Shown here: piece by piece, positions 33,401 to 44,889 of the stretch | Numbering within the stretch: position 1 is the first letter of the stretch | Layout: every line of letters begins with the position of its first letter | NCBI GenBank assembly: GCA_051884875.1 | Contig: JBJEWD010000044.1 | Coordinates: 23,500-87,499, forward strand | Direction: 5' to 3' | DNA: 64,000 bases | Source of the DNA: Kiritimatiellia bacterium | GTDB lineage: Bacteria > Verrucomicrobiota > Kiritimatiellia > RFP12 > UBA1067 | The notes under the pieces: generated by a model | Database searches by the model: none | Told to the model about the DNA's origin: nothing | The model's input: the letters and a program-made list of their open reading frames with translations, nothing else | Position numbers and translations under genes: made by a program

Positions 33401-35948
33401 CGACGACCAGACCAACCGGCGCGGAATCGTCTACGATCAATGTTCCATTTTCATTGACGGTCACCGGCACATTGGTGAGATTGACGTGGTTGTTGCCGTT
33501 CGGCGACAGCCAAATCGCCCCCTCGTCAATGACAACCGCGCCGGCATCTTGCGCCTGGGTGGTCTTGAAGTAAAAGGTGTTGGCGCCGACTTTCGTCAAC
33601 GTGTAGCCGTTGAGCGTCAACGGAGTAACGGCATATCCAGACGCAAGCAAGCCGAAATTGCCGGTGCCGCCGATGGTGGCGTCTGCCGACAGTGTCAGAC
33701 TCGAGGTTTGGCGGCTGCTGGTGCCGATTTCATTGCCGGAATTGACGAGCGCACCCTGTCCGGCCGTGCCGGTGCCGGCAATCGTAATCGCGTAGCAGTA
33801 GTCGGCCGTGCCGGCCATATCGACCGTCGCGCCGGACTGAACCGTGATCGTCGACAGGTCGGCGAGCGCCGCGCCGCTGGTATAAGGCCCGTAACCGGTT
33901 CCGTTCGTCGTCTTGACGAGACCTGCGCGCACTTCCAGTCCGCCCGTGAACGTATTGCTCGCCGCAAAGGTCAGCGTTCCCGCGCCGGCCTTGACTACCT
34001 TGGCCGCGCCGGAAATTGCGCCATCAATCGTGCTCTCGATTCCTTCGGGAACGGTGAAGACGATTTCCGTCGCGTCCGCCGCCGGCGCAATCGGCACATC
34101 GACCACCGTTGCATCCGAGAACGTGAGCGCCGCAAGCTTGAGGGTGGGTCCCGCCGTCTTGATCTTGCCGATCGTCGCGCCGTTTTGGACGAGCGTGAGT
34201 GCGCCGGTGCCGACGAGCGTCATCTGCGGCACGGCGATGCCCTCGGCGAGCGTCAGCGTCGCGTCGCCGTTCATGGTAATGGTGACGGCAGCGTCGGTGG
34301 GATATCCCGAACCGCCAGTCCAGCTGGCCGTCGTCCAATCGGCCGCAGCGTTCTCTTCGAGCGTCAGTTCCCACGAGAGCCCTTCGCCGGTCGGCATAAT
34401 CTGAATGGCGGCAATGCACCCGCGGGCGTCATTGCCGTTGGTGCCGCCGACGATCGAGAGCGGGCCCGTCAGCCTGTTGATTCGAATCGCGTTCGAACCA
34501 TAGACCGCCGCGCCGACGGCCACATTGGCCGAACCCCAGGTATTGGTGACCTCGACGCCGTCGCTGACGACCGTCTTGGTGGCATCGTCCCATTTGTAGT
34601 AAACGCCGTTGACTTGTTTCGCCTTGAACGACTTGGTCGAATTGTCGGTTGCGCAATAGACGATCACATCGTACGTTGCATACGGAATACCCGTAACCGC
34701 GATTTGCGCCTGATTGCCGCCGTCATCGAGATAGCCCTGCATGAAAGTGCCGTTCGAAATCGGGGTGGCGGTGGTGTAGAGATTGGCGCACGACCAGGTA
34801 AGCTTGGTCAATCCGTCCTCGGCGATATCGATCGTACCGGAAGCGTTGCCGTCGTTCGCATACCAAATGCCGCCAGATGCGAGCGCACCGGATGTGTCGC
34901 GGCAATCACCGGCCAAGGTGCCATTACGCGAACCTGCGGCGTTGAAGTTCATGCCCACGATGCCGGGCGTGAGCCACGAACGATAGACGCTACCCTGCAC
35001 GCCGCTCACATCGAGCGCCGCGAGCGTTGCCGCTTCGGGCTGGGCTTCGGCACTCAAAGTAATCGAACCGGTGCTGTTAAGCCGCACATCGGCCACGGAA
35101 AAAGCTTCATCGATCGTCAAGGTAACGCCGTCGGCCACATTCAGATTGATGACATTCGACCCCGAACTGATTTGGGCATTGATGGACGAGACGTTCGTAG
35201 CCTCGACAACCTCAATCGTCTGGATCTCGCTCGGGAAAGCGTAGGCAAGCATTTCCGCCTCGGTCAACGACGACCCGAAGACGGCGATCTTCTCGATTTG
35301 CCATCCAACCGCCGGATTGAGCGTCGAACTCGCCTTTTCGTAGACGCCACCGAGCGAAAAGCCCTTGTAATTGGTGTTCGACGCCTTCAGATTCGTACTG
35401 CTGAAGCGTGTGTTAAGTGAACGCACGCCATCCTCGGAGGTGGTGACTTCGTAGACGAACACGCCACTGTTCACTTGAATGTTGACGATCAGCGTATTGC
35501 CGCTGGAAACAGCTGTGGAGGTCTGGCAGGTGGTATAATAGGCGTTCTCCCAAATACCATATACGCCCGCGTTATTCGCGCCAAGCGACACGCCGACTTT
35601 GTTGTAAGACGCATCACCGTTGCCGCCGCCGAGAATATTCTGATGGACCGTGATCAGATACTGGTTAAGGGTGCTTTCCAGATTAAGACCCGTGCCTTTG
35701 ATGATGAACGTCGAGTTGTTGAGCGAACTATTCGGCCCGGTAAAGACCACGCCGCCCGTCGCACCTTCGGCAATGGTTATCGACGTATCGGCTATCGTAT
35801 TGCCGTTAGTGGCGGTGATGGTGAAATCGCCTTGGGTAGCGGACGAGAAGTCGCCATCCCAAACCGCAAGGGGCGTTGCCGCCAATGCCCTTCCCCCGCA
35901 GACGATCGCCACGAGAGCAACTACAACGATTGACAGTATCTTTTTCAT
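30441..35948 (-). CDS. Giant secreted protein (1835 aa): N-terminal LamG/concanavalin-like region plus autotransporter-associated beta-strand (PATR-like) repeats, probable adhesin
   Basis: Start MKKILSIVVVALVAIVCGGRALA (signal peptide) at 35948. Thr/Gly/Ala/Val-rich. AGAGTLTFAASNTFTGGLEVRAGLVKTTNG-type repeats. I saw no beta-barrel, PEP-CTERM or sortase signal at the C-terminus. Confidence 0.8.
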   Translation of the reverse strand: MKKILSIVVVALVAIVCGGRALAATPLAVWDGDFSSATQGDFTITATNGNTIADTSITIAEGATGGVVFTGPNSSLNNSTFIIKGTGLNLESTLNQYLITVHQNILGGGNGDASYNKVGVSLGANNAGVYGIWENAYYTTCQTSTAVSSGNTLIVNIQVNSGVFVYEVTTSEDGVRSLNTRFSSTNLKASNTNYKGFSLGGVYEKASSTLNPAVGWQIEKIAVFGSSLTEAEMLAYAFPSEIQTIEVVEATNVSSINAQISSGSNVINLNVADGVTLTIDEAFSVADVRLNSTGSITLSAEAQPEAATLAALDVSGVQGSVYRSWLTPGIVGMNFNAAGSRNGTLAGDCRDTSGALASGGIWYANDGNASGTIDIAEDGLTKLTWSCANLYTTATPISNGTFMQGYLDDGGNQAQIAVTGIPYATYDVIVYCATDNSTKSFKAKQVNGVYYKWDDATKTVVSDGVEVTNTWGSANVAVGAAVYGSNAIRINRLTGPLSIVGGTNGNDARGCIAAIQIMPTGEGLSWELTLEENAAADWTTASWTGGSGYPTDAAVTITMNGDATLTLAEGIAVPQMTLVGTGALTLVQNGATIGKIKTAGPTLKLAALTFSDATVVDVPIAPAADATEIVFTVPEGIESTIDGAISGAAKVVKAGAGTLTFAASNTFTGGLEVRAGLVKTTNGTGYGPYTSGAALADLSTITVQSGATVDMAGTADYCYAITIAGTGTAGQGALVNSGNEIGTSSRQTSSLTLSADATIGGTGNFGLLASGYAVTPLTLNGYTLTKVGANTFYFKTTQAQDAGAVVIDEGAIWLSPNGNNHVNLTNVPVTVNENGTLIVDDSAPVGLVVGGSGTVSLKERASIGFAEDNQLTAKVYFANAIEGSFSIPYTGSAPYAVQIYLSDGSTIDASAVAVVENGSISVSTTVVSATRTNPVTGATLTFNHLYTASEESNDWATLANWRYLANSRAYAETGTTAPGATNADTTEPWGALLFDGVTVTGAAEGWNSKYGLFNGAEVTISAQKIQSSGDGQSWIAVDDSSKLTYTQISGGNTQGKTKLYVAAPEGIVFPSDNNLSGANFDYFLAGEGSIKYEGGTAGTHSLSNATFAVGANTGVKKVVSKTLIAFTTTSYGTLSYDAATITATGATATKKTEGEVTATDELGTYTLGVVEGTGLVLTYVGYDQDCVARIGETGYATLAEAIAAAGESDEIVVLKPIDGEVQISKTVAISEQGYYLTGAAFTVAEDTTLTLSFNKPGTENQILHVAGADASTSVVKLVPNGGVGVHQDSTFDTVKVVAVGGNHQLYMKSAMSFTDVNLEVQDSVYIEDSSTITVRTLSGTGTIDGYNGAPTIKVNEASVFEGTCNIALALAGGASITLNAEKTGITTDEGYTLLSKTIEEDKYVYVSVGYVASETVASDLATAIAYIKENYYNKFTNGDEEDAVDATFVKVGELAAAATSTATVSIGSVVVGADEIFALSIGNNAFLNSAKYKIVDGAVYVAAALLAIEEVKVTVNGTDFAVESAGSGALELSSFEAVSPTEIERVGETGTEFNVVRGNSTPLVKFHFTDEVTDYFVTKKTFTDDQGTTTITYGFTTPDEGGLWLYLGYGVALGGKWNNSTYEYTVYAFGVDKKAITLSMSIVDKALVPTTGDGTVVVTGEGENAVAVITPTDGTSSLTVDVPDSYLGKVQVPASVDSVSGVDIDRLLISASVVIDETTYDIGAAFKKTAREDGSIGIELDAEASVTVDGETITVKPVIVDAEGVSIADGAVAVKTIPGLVYRLLAGTDLAAVENVCDLVVGDGSSVQLENGGNGQTKFQPADATAVFFKVTVEK

Positions 35949-36018
35949 GGTGTTTTTCCTGTTTTCTGGCGAACTTCGCACGAGTCCCCACCCATACGAC
36001 CCGCCTAGTCTGCCCTAG

Positions 36019-36047
36019 ATAATACAAAAAAATGCCATCGCCGTCAA
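36019..36047 (-). promoter_or_regulatory. Sigma70-type promoter of the giant protein gene
   Basis: Minus strand reads TTGACG-17 nt-TGTATTAT (extended -10), about 70 nt upstream of the ATG at 35948. Confidence 0.55.
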
Positions 36048-36061
36048 GAGGGCAAAAGGCA

Positions 36062-36198
36062 AATCCGGGGAGGTGCGCAGGGTTTGGGCAAAGGCTGCGC
36101 AGGATCTGGGGCAAAAGGTGCGCAGGATCCACCCCAAAGGTTGCGCATGTTCGGGGGTCGAGTATGCGCATGCTCCGGAGCAAAGGAGCGCAGATCTA
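36062..36198. repeat. Six degenerate tandem 22-23 bp units, each centred on a TGCGCA palindrome
   Basis: TGCGCA at 36073, 36095, 36118, 36141 and 36164, and AGCGCA at 36186. Unit consensus is about GGGGCAAAGGyTGCGCAGGATCY. Confidence 0.8.
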
Positions 36199-36246
36199 CC
36201 CCTCCCTCATCCCTCCTCCCTCTTCCCTCATCCCTCATCCCTATCA
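36198..36246. repeat. Heptanucleotide CCCTCNT tandem repeat (G-tract run on the minus strand)
   Basis: C3 tracts at 36203, 36210, 36217, 36224, 36231 and 36238, exactly 7 nt apart, plus CCCC at 36198. Confidence 0.85.
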
Positions 36247-36533
36247 CCGACCGTCGAAGGTGAATGCCGGACGCGAAGCCCCGGGTATTCGGCGGAGCGG
36301 TAGCGAGAGCCGCACGGATCGGAGTTGAATCAACAGGCGGGGGTCGTGCGGGGTATGTCCCCGCGATTTAGAAAACCCCGATGGTTCGTGCTCTCGCGGC
36401 CTCCACGGGCGCTCGCCCAAGGGCGAATCCGCACAGGGATGTCATTCACGCCTGGCCAAGGCGGCTTGGGATTTTACGGCGCCACTTCACGTGCAATTCG
36501 CCGCCCGCAGGTATTCGGGCGGCAACCACCGGG

Positions 36534-36572
36534 CTAAAAAGGCGCGCCGAACATAAAAAGTTCGGCGCGCCA
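36534..36572 (-). terminator. Rho-independent terminator of the 36596-37456 gene
   Basis: Perfect 12-bp stem GGCGCGCCGAAC/GTTCGGCGCGCC with a 7-nt loop, followed on the minus strand by TTTTTA. Lies 24 nt after the stop. Confidence 0.85.
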
Positions 36573-36595
36573 GGGTGTGGGTGGGTAGAAAATCG

Positions 36596-37456
36596 TCAGA
36601 ACGCATCCGCCGCATCGCTCACGCGGCGACTGCGCTGCTCGGCCGCCGACTTGCGCGCCTCTTCGCGCAGCTCCTCGGTCTCATCCGCCGCCACGGTCAG
36701 GAGATTGTTGTCCCAACCGGCGACAATCGTCTCGTAGTTGCGCGAAGCACCCGCCAGACACGCCGTCACATAACGGCCGCCGCCGACGTCGAACATATAG
36801 CACGGACGGCGATAGCTGCACAGCCGCGCCCAGGTGCGGTAGCGCCGCTCCAGCGCCTCGATGAGGTAATGGCGGCGACCGCGCAACCCCGAATCGACCA
36901 CCTCCTTCGCGCAGGCGTAGACCTTCACGATCTGATGGGTCTTCGGCGTCACGTACACGAAGTAGTCGTCAAATCCCGCCAGCGGCTTCTTGGGCGTGAA
37001 CCGGGCGTAAACCAGCGTCGGCTCGTCCGCATCATTCAAGAAGTTGGTGCAGGCGTAGACCTCGCCGAACTTAAGGCCCAGGAAGGAGTCCGCCGGTTCG
37101 GCCGACGCCTCCGCCGTCGCCGGCTTCGTCCGCATCAGGCTCGGGACGTCCTGCCCGACCGTATAGCTCTGCGCATATTCGCTCGTCGACGTCTCGAGGA
37201 CGTTCCCCTCGGTATCCATCGTCGTGCGCGTCTCGCGCCGGTGCTCGGTAACCATGTTCCCGTTGGTGGTGATGTTGCATTCCGTGAACGACCGCGCCAC
37301 GCTGCCGTTGTCGTTCGTCACCACTGCCGTCTCCGTGGTCTTGGAGGAGACGTCCTTGCTCGCATCGGGCTTGCCCTTGCCATGCGCCGCCATCAAAGCC
37401 GCGAACAGCACCGTCAGCCCGAAGATCGCGACCATAACCGTTTTCGTATGTTTCAT
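36596..37456 (-). CDS. Hypothetical secreted protein
   Basis: 286 aa with signal peptide MKHTKTVMVAIFGLTVLFAALMAAHG. I recognise no family. Followed by a strong terminator. Confidence 0.6.
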   Translation of the reverse strand: MKHTKTVMVAIFGLTVLFAALMAAHGKGKPDASKDVSSKTTETAVVTNDNGSVARSFTECNITTNGNMVTEHRRETRTTMDTEGNVLETSTSEYAQSYTVGQDVPSLMRTKPATAEASAEPADSFLGLKFGEVYACTNFLNDADEPTLVYARFTPKKPLAGFDDYFVYVTPKTHQIVKVYACAKEVVDSGLRGRRHYLIEALERRYRTWARLCSYRRPCYMFDVGGGRYVTACLAGASRNYETIVAGWDNNLLTVAADETEELREEARKSAAEQRSRRVSDAADAF

Positions 37457-37598
37457 GTCTGTCCTTCCTTTCCTAACCTCCGCCAGAGGCGCTTCCCCCG
37501 GCGAACACCCACATTCTAGACGAGGAGTGTTAATGCCGTATTAAGAAACGACATTTCGGGGCGTTGCATCCAAAGCACGCCCGGCGTTGTCCATGGGG

Positions 37599-40910
<3,312 letters not shown>

Positions 40911-41408
40911 TCAGCCCTTCGTGAAACGGCGCGCGGCGGCGAGGCTGCGGACGCGGAGTTCGTCGTCGGAAAGCGGGGCGAGGCCCTTGGAACGCAGATA
41001 GCGGACCGCGCGGCGGTAGGCGATGCGCGAGGCCGTCCCCGCCGCCATGCGCAAGGCCGCCGCATTCTGCCGGGTCAGGAAATCGTTGTCCCAACTGCCG
41101 TCCGCCCGCTGGCTGCTGACGATGGCCTCGACCGTCGCCGCGTCGCGCGAGTAGGCGAGGACATAGGCCGAACGGCGGACCGGCGCGGCGGATTCGCCTT
41201 TCGGACCGAAAACGAGCGCCCAGACGCCGCCGAGGCAGACGGCCAGCGTAGCGGCGACCAGCGCCACCCGGCGCCAGGCGAACGGACGCGGGAGAATCCC
41301 GCCGACGGCGACATCCGCCGGATGATCGAAGGCCGCCGTCATGCGCATGACGAGCGCGCGATAGCCCGGCCCCAGTTCGTCCAGCGTCTTCCTAAGATCT
41401 GCGTTCAT
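40911..41408 (-). CDS. Putative anti-sigma factor (single TM)
   Basis: 165 aa. Overlaps the ECF sigma gene's 3' end by 17 nt. One TM segment (VALVAATLAVCLGGVWALVF). Extracytoplasmic part contains ADGSWDNDFLTRQNAAAL. Confidence 0.55.
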   Translation of the reverse strand: MNADLRKTLDELGPGYRALVMRMTAAFDHPADVAVGGILPRPFAWRRVALVAATLAVCLGGVWALVFGPKGESAAPVRRSAYVLAYSRDAATVEAIVSSQRADGSWDNDFLTRQNAAALRMAAGTASRIAYRRAVRYLRSKGLAPLSDDELRVRSLAAARRFTKG

Positions 41409-41877
41409 CGAAAATCTCCTTCAATTTCTTCAAGGCGTTCGACATCCTTGATTTGACCGTCCCGACCGGAATCCCGAGAATGGCGGACACTTCCGCGTAC
41501 GGGAGATCCTGGAACACGCCCAGCTCAACCACTTCGCGCAACGGATCCGACAGCTGGGAGACGGCCCAGCGGACGTCCGCCCGCACGCCGCAGTCGGGCG
41601 CTTTGACGCGAGGTTGCTCCCTGCCCCAGTTCTCCTCGCGGCGCTCCCGTCGGGTCTGCCGGCGCAGCGCATCGAGGCGCACCTGACGGGCCATCAGGAA
41701 GAGGAAAGTCGAGAGTTTCGCCGTCGGGCGGTATTCCGTGCGGTATTTCCACAGCCGGAGGTACGTTTCCTGGACGAGATCCCCGCTCTCGTCATATGAA
41801 ACGCCCTGACGCCAGAAAAAGTTCAGCAGATTCTTTTCGAATCCGCAGGCGGCGGCCATGAGTTCCTCATCCGACAT
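41392..41877 (-). CDS. ECF-type RNA polymerase sigma-70 factor
   Basis: DLVQETYLRLW (region 2) and DLPYAEVSAILGIPVGTVKSRMSNALKKL (region 4). Start MSDEEL at 41877; an alternative ATG lies at 41859. The ORF-track extension to 42015 was rejected. Confidence 0.8.
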   Translation of the reverse strand: MSDEELMAAACGFEKNLLNFFWRQGVSYDESGDLVQETYLRLWKYRTEYRPTAKLSTFLFLMARQVRLDALRRQTRRERREENWGREQPRVKAPDCGVRADVRWAVSQLSDPLREVVELGVFQDLPYAEVSAILGIPVGTVKSRMSNALKKLKEIFDERRS

Positions 41878-42295
41878 ACGCGGCGAAGAGGCGCACGAAG
41901 TTCGAACAGTCCGTGAACGCGGGGAAGTCGGCGTAGATGCGCGTCCCCAGAAAAGCCCACACGTAGACCACCAGCAGGACGATGGCCAGCCCCGAAACCG
42001 CGCCCAGCAGCGCATCCATCGGCTGGGCGAGCAGAAAGCGCACGGTCCGGGCGACGATGATGCGCACGAAACCGAACACCACCAGCGTCACCACGACAAT
42101 CGCCAGAACCTTGAGCCAGGCCCCGCACGGGAGGGACAGACCCGCGAGGTAGGGCCAGCCGAAGCGTGCGCTCGCGGCCGATGCCGCGAACGCCACGAGG
42201 AGGGCCAGCGTACCCGACAGGCCGCGAAAAGCCCCCAGAACCACCGCCGCCCCGGCAAAGCCGATCAGAATATAGTCCGCCGTCGTGAGGGGCAT
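41867..42295 (-). CDS. cvpA: CvpA-family membrane protein
   Basis: 142 aa, four TM segments. The N-terminal DYILIGFAGAAVVLGAFRGLSG pattern is typical of CvpA. Confidence 0.65.
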   Translation of the reverse strand: MPLTTADYILIGFAGAAVVLGAFRGLSGTLALLVAFAASAASARFGWPYLAGLSLPCGAWLKVLAIVVVTLVVFGFVRIIVARTVRFLLAQPMDALLGAVSGLAIVLLVVYVWAFLGTRIYADFPAFTDCSNFVRLFAAYVG

Positions 42296-42298
42296 GGC

Positions 42299-43462
42299 CT
42301 AACGCTTTCCCGGCGACAGTTCCGCGCCGTAGCGCCGGTAGACGTCAGCCACGCGGCCCTTGCCGTTCTTCCGCAACGTGGAGACGAGCCGCGCCAGCGC
42401 CGTCGCGTCCTTCGGACTGGCCGCAAGGGCGCGGGAGTAGGCCTCTTCGGCCACGGCTGGGCTCCCGACCTTGAGGGCGGCGTCACCAAGGGCGGTGAGG
42501 GTGACCGCCGAACTCGGGCGGATCTCACTCGCGAGCTTGTAGTAGGTGAGCGCCTCCTTGGCCGTGTCGGCGCATTTCGCAAGCCCGATCGCCGCCGGAT
42601 AGCTCAGAACGTCCGCCGCATGGGCCTCGCCGTAGTGGAGCTTCGCCTTCTTCTTCTGCCCTTTCGCGAACGCCGCATCGCCTTTGGCGAGCGCGACCGT
42701 ACAGGCCGACGGATTGCGCCGCCCCGCCCCGGGATGCCGCTGAAGCGCCGCCGTGATGGCGGACTGCAGCCCGGGCAGGAGCTTGTCCCGCACGCGAATC
42801 GTCCGCGGGTCGTCCTTCGGCGCCAGATAGACGAAGTGCGTCAGCTCAAGCTGGGCGATTTCCAGATAGTGGAAGACGTCGGCGTAGAGCCGCCCGAGAT
42901 GGTAATGCGCCGCCGCATTGCGCGCATCCAGGCGAATGGCGGTCAGGAATGCGGTGCGCGCCCGCGCCGCCGTCTCGTCCAGCGTCTCGTTCTTGATGCA
43001 CGCGTAGTCGACGACCCCCAGTCCCGCATGGCCGCGGGAGCGGACGGACGCCTCGAACGCCGCGTTGCCGGCCAGCCGGGCGAAGGCCTTGCGCGCCGCG
43101 ACGAAGTCATTCCCCTGAAAGGCGACCTGCCCGACCAGCTCGATCACATCGGAATCGTCCCCCGCCAGGGTCTCGGCCCGGGTTACGGCCTCGGCGGCCC
43201 GGGCGACTTCGCCGAGGCGCAGCGCGGTGCGCGTCTGCATCAGGAGCGCGTCCACATGCGCGGGCGCACGGCGGAGACAATCCGCAAAACAGGCCTCGGC
43301 ACGGGCGAAATCGCCCGCCGCGAACGCCGCGCGGCCGTCGCGATAGGCGGCGGAACCGTCATCGTCGCCACAGCCCGTCAGCAGACAGGCCGCAAGAAGC
43401 GCCGCGCAGGGCGCGCCGCGCCACCGGCGGCTAGGAACGGATGATGGCGAGAAACTCGTCAC
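42299..43462 (-). CDS. TPR-repeat lipoprotein
   Basis: Proposed GTG start at 43462 gives MTSFSPSSVPSRRWRGAPCAALLAACLLTGC (lipobox). Repeated AxxxFxxAL-type TPR helices. The start is uncertain and overlaps the PMM 3' end. Confidence 0.6.
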   Translation of the reverse strand: MTSFSPSSVPSRRWRGAPCAALLAACLLTGCGDDDGSAAYRDGRAAFAAGDFARAEACFADCLRRAPAHVDALLMQTRTALRLGEVARAAEAVTRAETLAGDDSDVIELVGQVAFQGNDFVAARKAFARLAGNAAFEASVRSRGHAGLGVVDYACIKNETLDETAARARTAFLTAIRLDARNAAAHYHLGRLYADVFHYLEIAQLELTHFVYLAPKDDPRTIRVRDKLLPGLQSAITAALQRHPGAGRRNPSACTVALAKGDAAFAKGQKKKAKLHYGEAHAADVLSYPAAIGLAKCADTAKEALTYYKLASEIRPSSAVTLTALGDAALKVGSPAVAEEAYSRALAASPKDATALARLVSTLRKNGKGRVADVYRRYGAELSPGKR

Positions 43463-44783
43463 GCTTGGCCTCCATGATCTCCTGCGTCCGACCCTCCAGA
43501 TTGAGACGAACGAGCGGCTCGGTGTTGGACATGCGGACGTTCGCCCAGTAGCCCTCGGCCGCCCAGGCGTCGACGGAGACGCCATCAAGCTCGAACACCT
43601 TGGCCTTGCCCGAATAGAGCGCTTTGATCCTGGCGAGGATCTCCGCCGGCGGCGTCACGGTCTGCGTGTTGATCTCGCCCGACTGACGGTACTTCCTGAG
43701 CGGCGCGATGAGCTCGGAAAGCGGCTTGTCGCTCGCGGAGACGATGTTCGCGAGCGCATAGGTCGCCATTGACGAGGATTCGGCCGTGAAATTCGCCTTG
43801 AAGTAGTAGTGCCCCGACAGCTCGCCCGCGAAGATCGCGTCGTTCTGGCGCATCTGCTCTTTGATGAAGGAATGGCCGACGCGCGACATCATCGGCCGCC
43901 CGCCCGCCGCCGCGATCGTCTCCTCGGCCATCTTCGTGGAACGGAGATCGTAGAAGCACGCCGCGCCCGGATTGGACTTGAGGAGATCCTCCGCGATGAG
44001 GGCGGTGATGAAGTCCATCGGAATGATCTCGCCCTTCTCGTCGACGAAACCCGCGCGATCCGCATCGCCGTCGTAGGCGACGCCGAAGGCGTACTTGCCC
44101 GGCGCACCCTTGATCATGGCCTGAAGATCCTGCAGCGTCGCGGTGTGGAGCGGATTCGCATCATGATTCGGGAAGTCGCCGTCGAACTCCCCGAAGAGAT
44201 CGTCGTGGGTGAGAAGCGTCTGCCCGGTGAATGCGACCGCCTCGGCGATGCCCATGCCGTTGGCGAAGTCCATCGCGACGTGGACGGGCTTCGCGAGGTG
44301 CGCGAACGTGCGCACGTGCGCGCCGTATTCCTCGGAGATATCGACCTTGGTGATCGTGCCGACGCCCGTCGGGGGCTCGCAGCCGTTCATGCCGGCGACG
44401 AGTTTTTCGATGTCCTTGATGCCCGTCGCGCCCGAAATCGGCACCGCGTTGGCCTTGCAGAGCTTGCAGCCGTTCCACTCCTTGGTGTTGTGCGAGGCGG
44501 TGATCATGACCGAACCGTCGGCCTTGAGCGTGCCATTGGCGAAATAACTCATCGGCGTCGAGGCGAGGCCGATGTCGAGCACGTTCACGCCCTCATCGAC
44601 AAGGCCCTTGGCGAAGGCCTGGAACAGCGAACCGGAGGATTTGCGGCAGTCGCGGGCGACGACGACCTTGCCGCCCTTCAGACCGGCGAACTGCACGTAG
44701 GCCCGCGCAATTTTGTAGAAATCGTCTTCGGTGAGCTCCTGCCCGTAGATGCCGCGAATGTCGTATGCTTTGAAAATGCTCAT
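43431..44783 (-). CDS. Phosphomannomutase/phosphoglucomutase
   Basis: Start MSIFKAYDIRG at 44783 follows AAAGGAG. TASHNTKEWNG (catalytic Ser loop) and GVAYDGDADR (Mg site). Confidence 0.9.
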   Translation of the reverse strand: MSIFKAYDIRGIYGQELTEDDFYKIARAYVQFAGLKGGKVVVARDCRKSSGSLFQAFAKGLVDEGVNVLDIGLASTPMSYFANGTLKADGSVMITASHNTKEWNGCKLCKANAVPISGATGIKDIEKLVAGMNGCEPPTGVGTITKVDISEEYGAHVRTFAHLAKPVHVAMDFANGMGIAEAVAFTGQTLLTHDDLFGEFDGDFPNHDANPLHTATLQDLQAMIKGAPGKYAFGVAYDGDADRAGFVDEKGEIIPMDFITALIAEDLLKSNPGAACFYDLRSTKMAEETIAAAGGRPMMSRVGHSFIKEQMRQNDAIFAGELSGHYYFKANFTAESSSMATYALANIVSASDKPLSELIAPLRKYRQSGEINTQTVTPPAEILARIKALYSGKAKVFELDGVSVDAWAAEGYWANVRMSNTEPLVRLNLEGRTQEIMEAKRDEFLAIIRS

Positions 44784-44889
44784 GAGTACTCCTTTGATTT
44801 GGGTATAGTTTACCAAAAAGCGCCGGGGACTGCGCGAGAAAAAAGAAAAAAGGAAGGGGCACCCGCCTGAAAGCCATTGCGTCGGCCGA

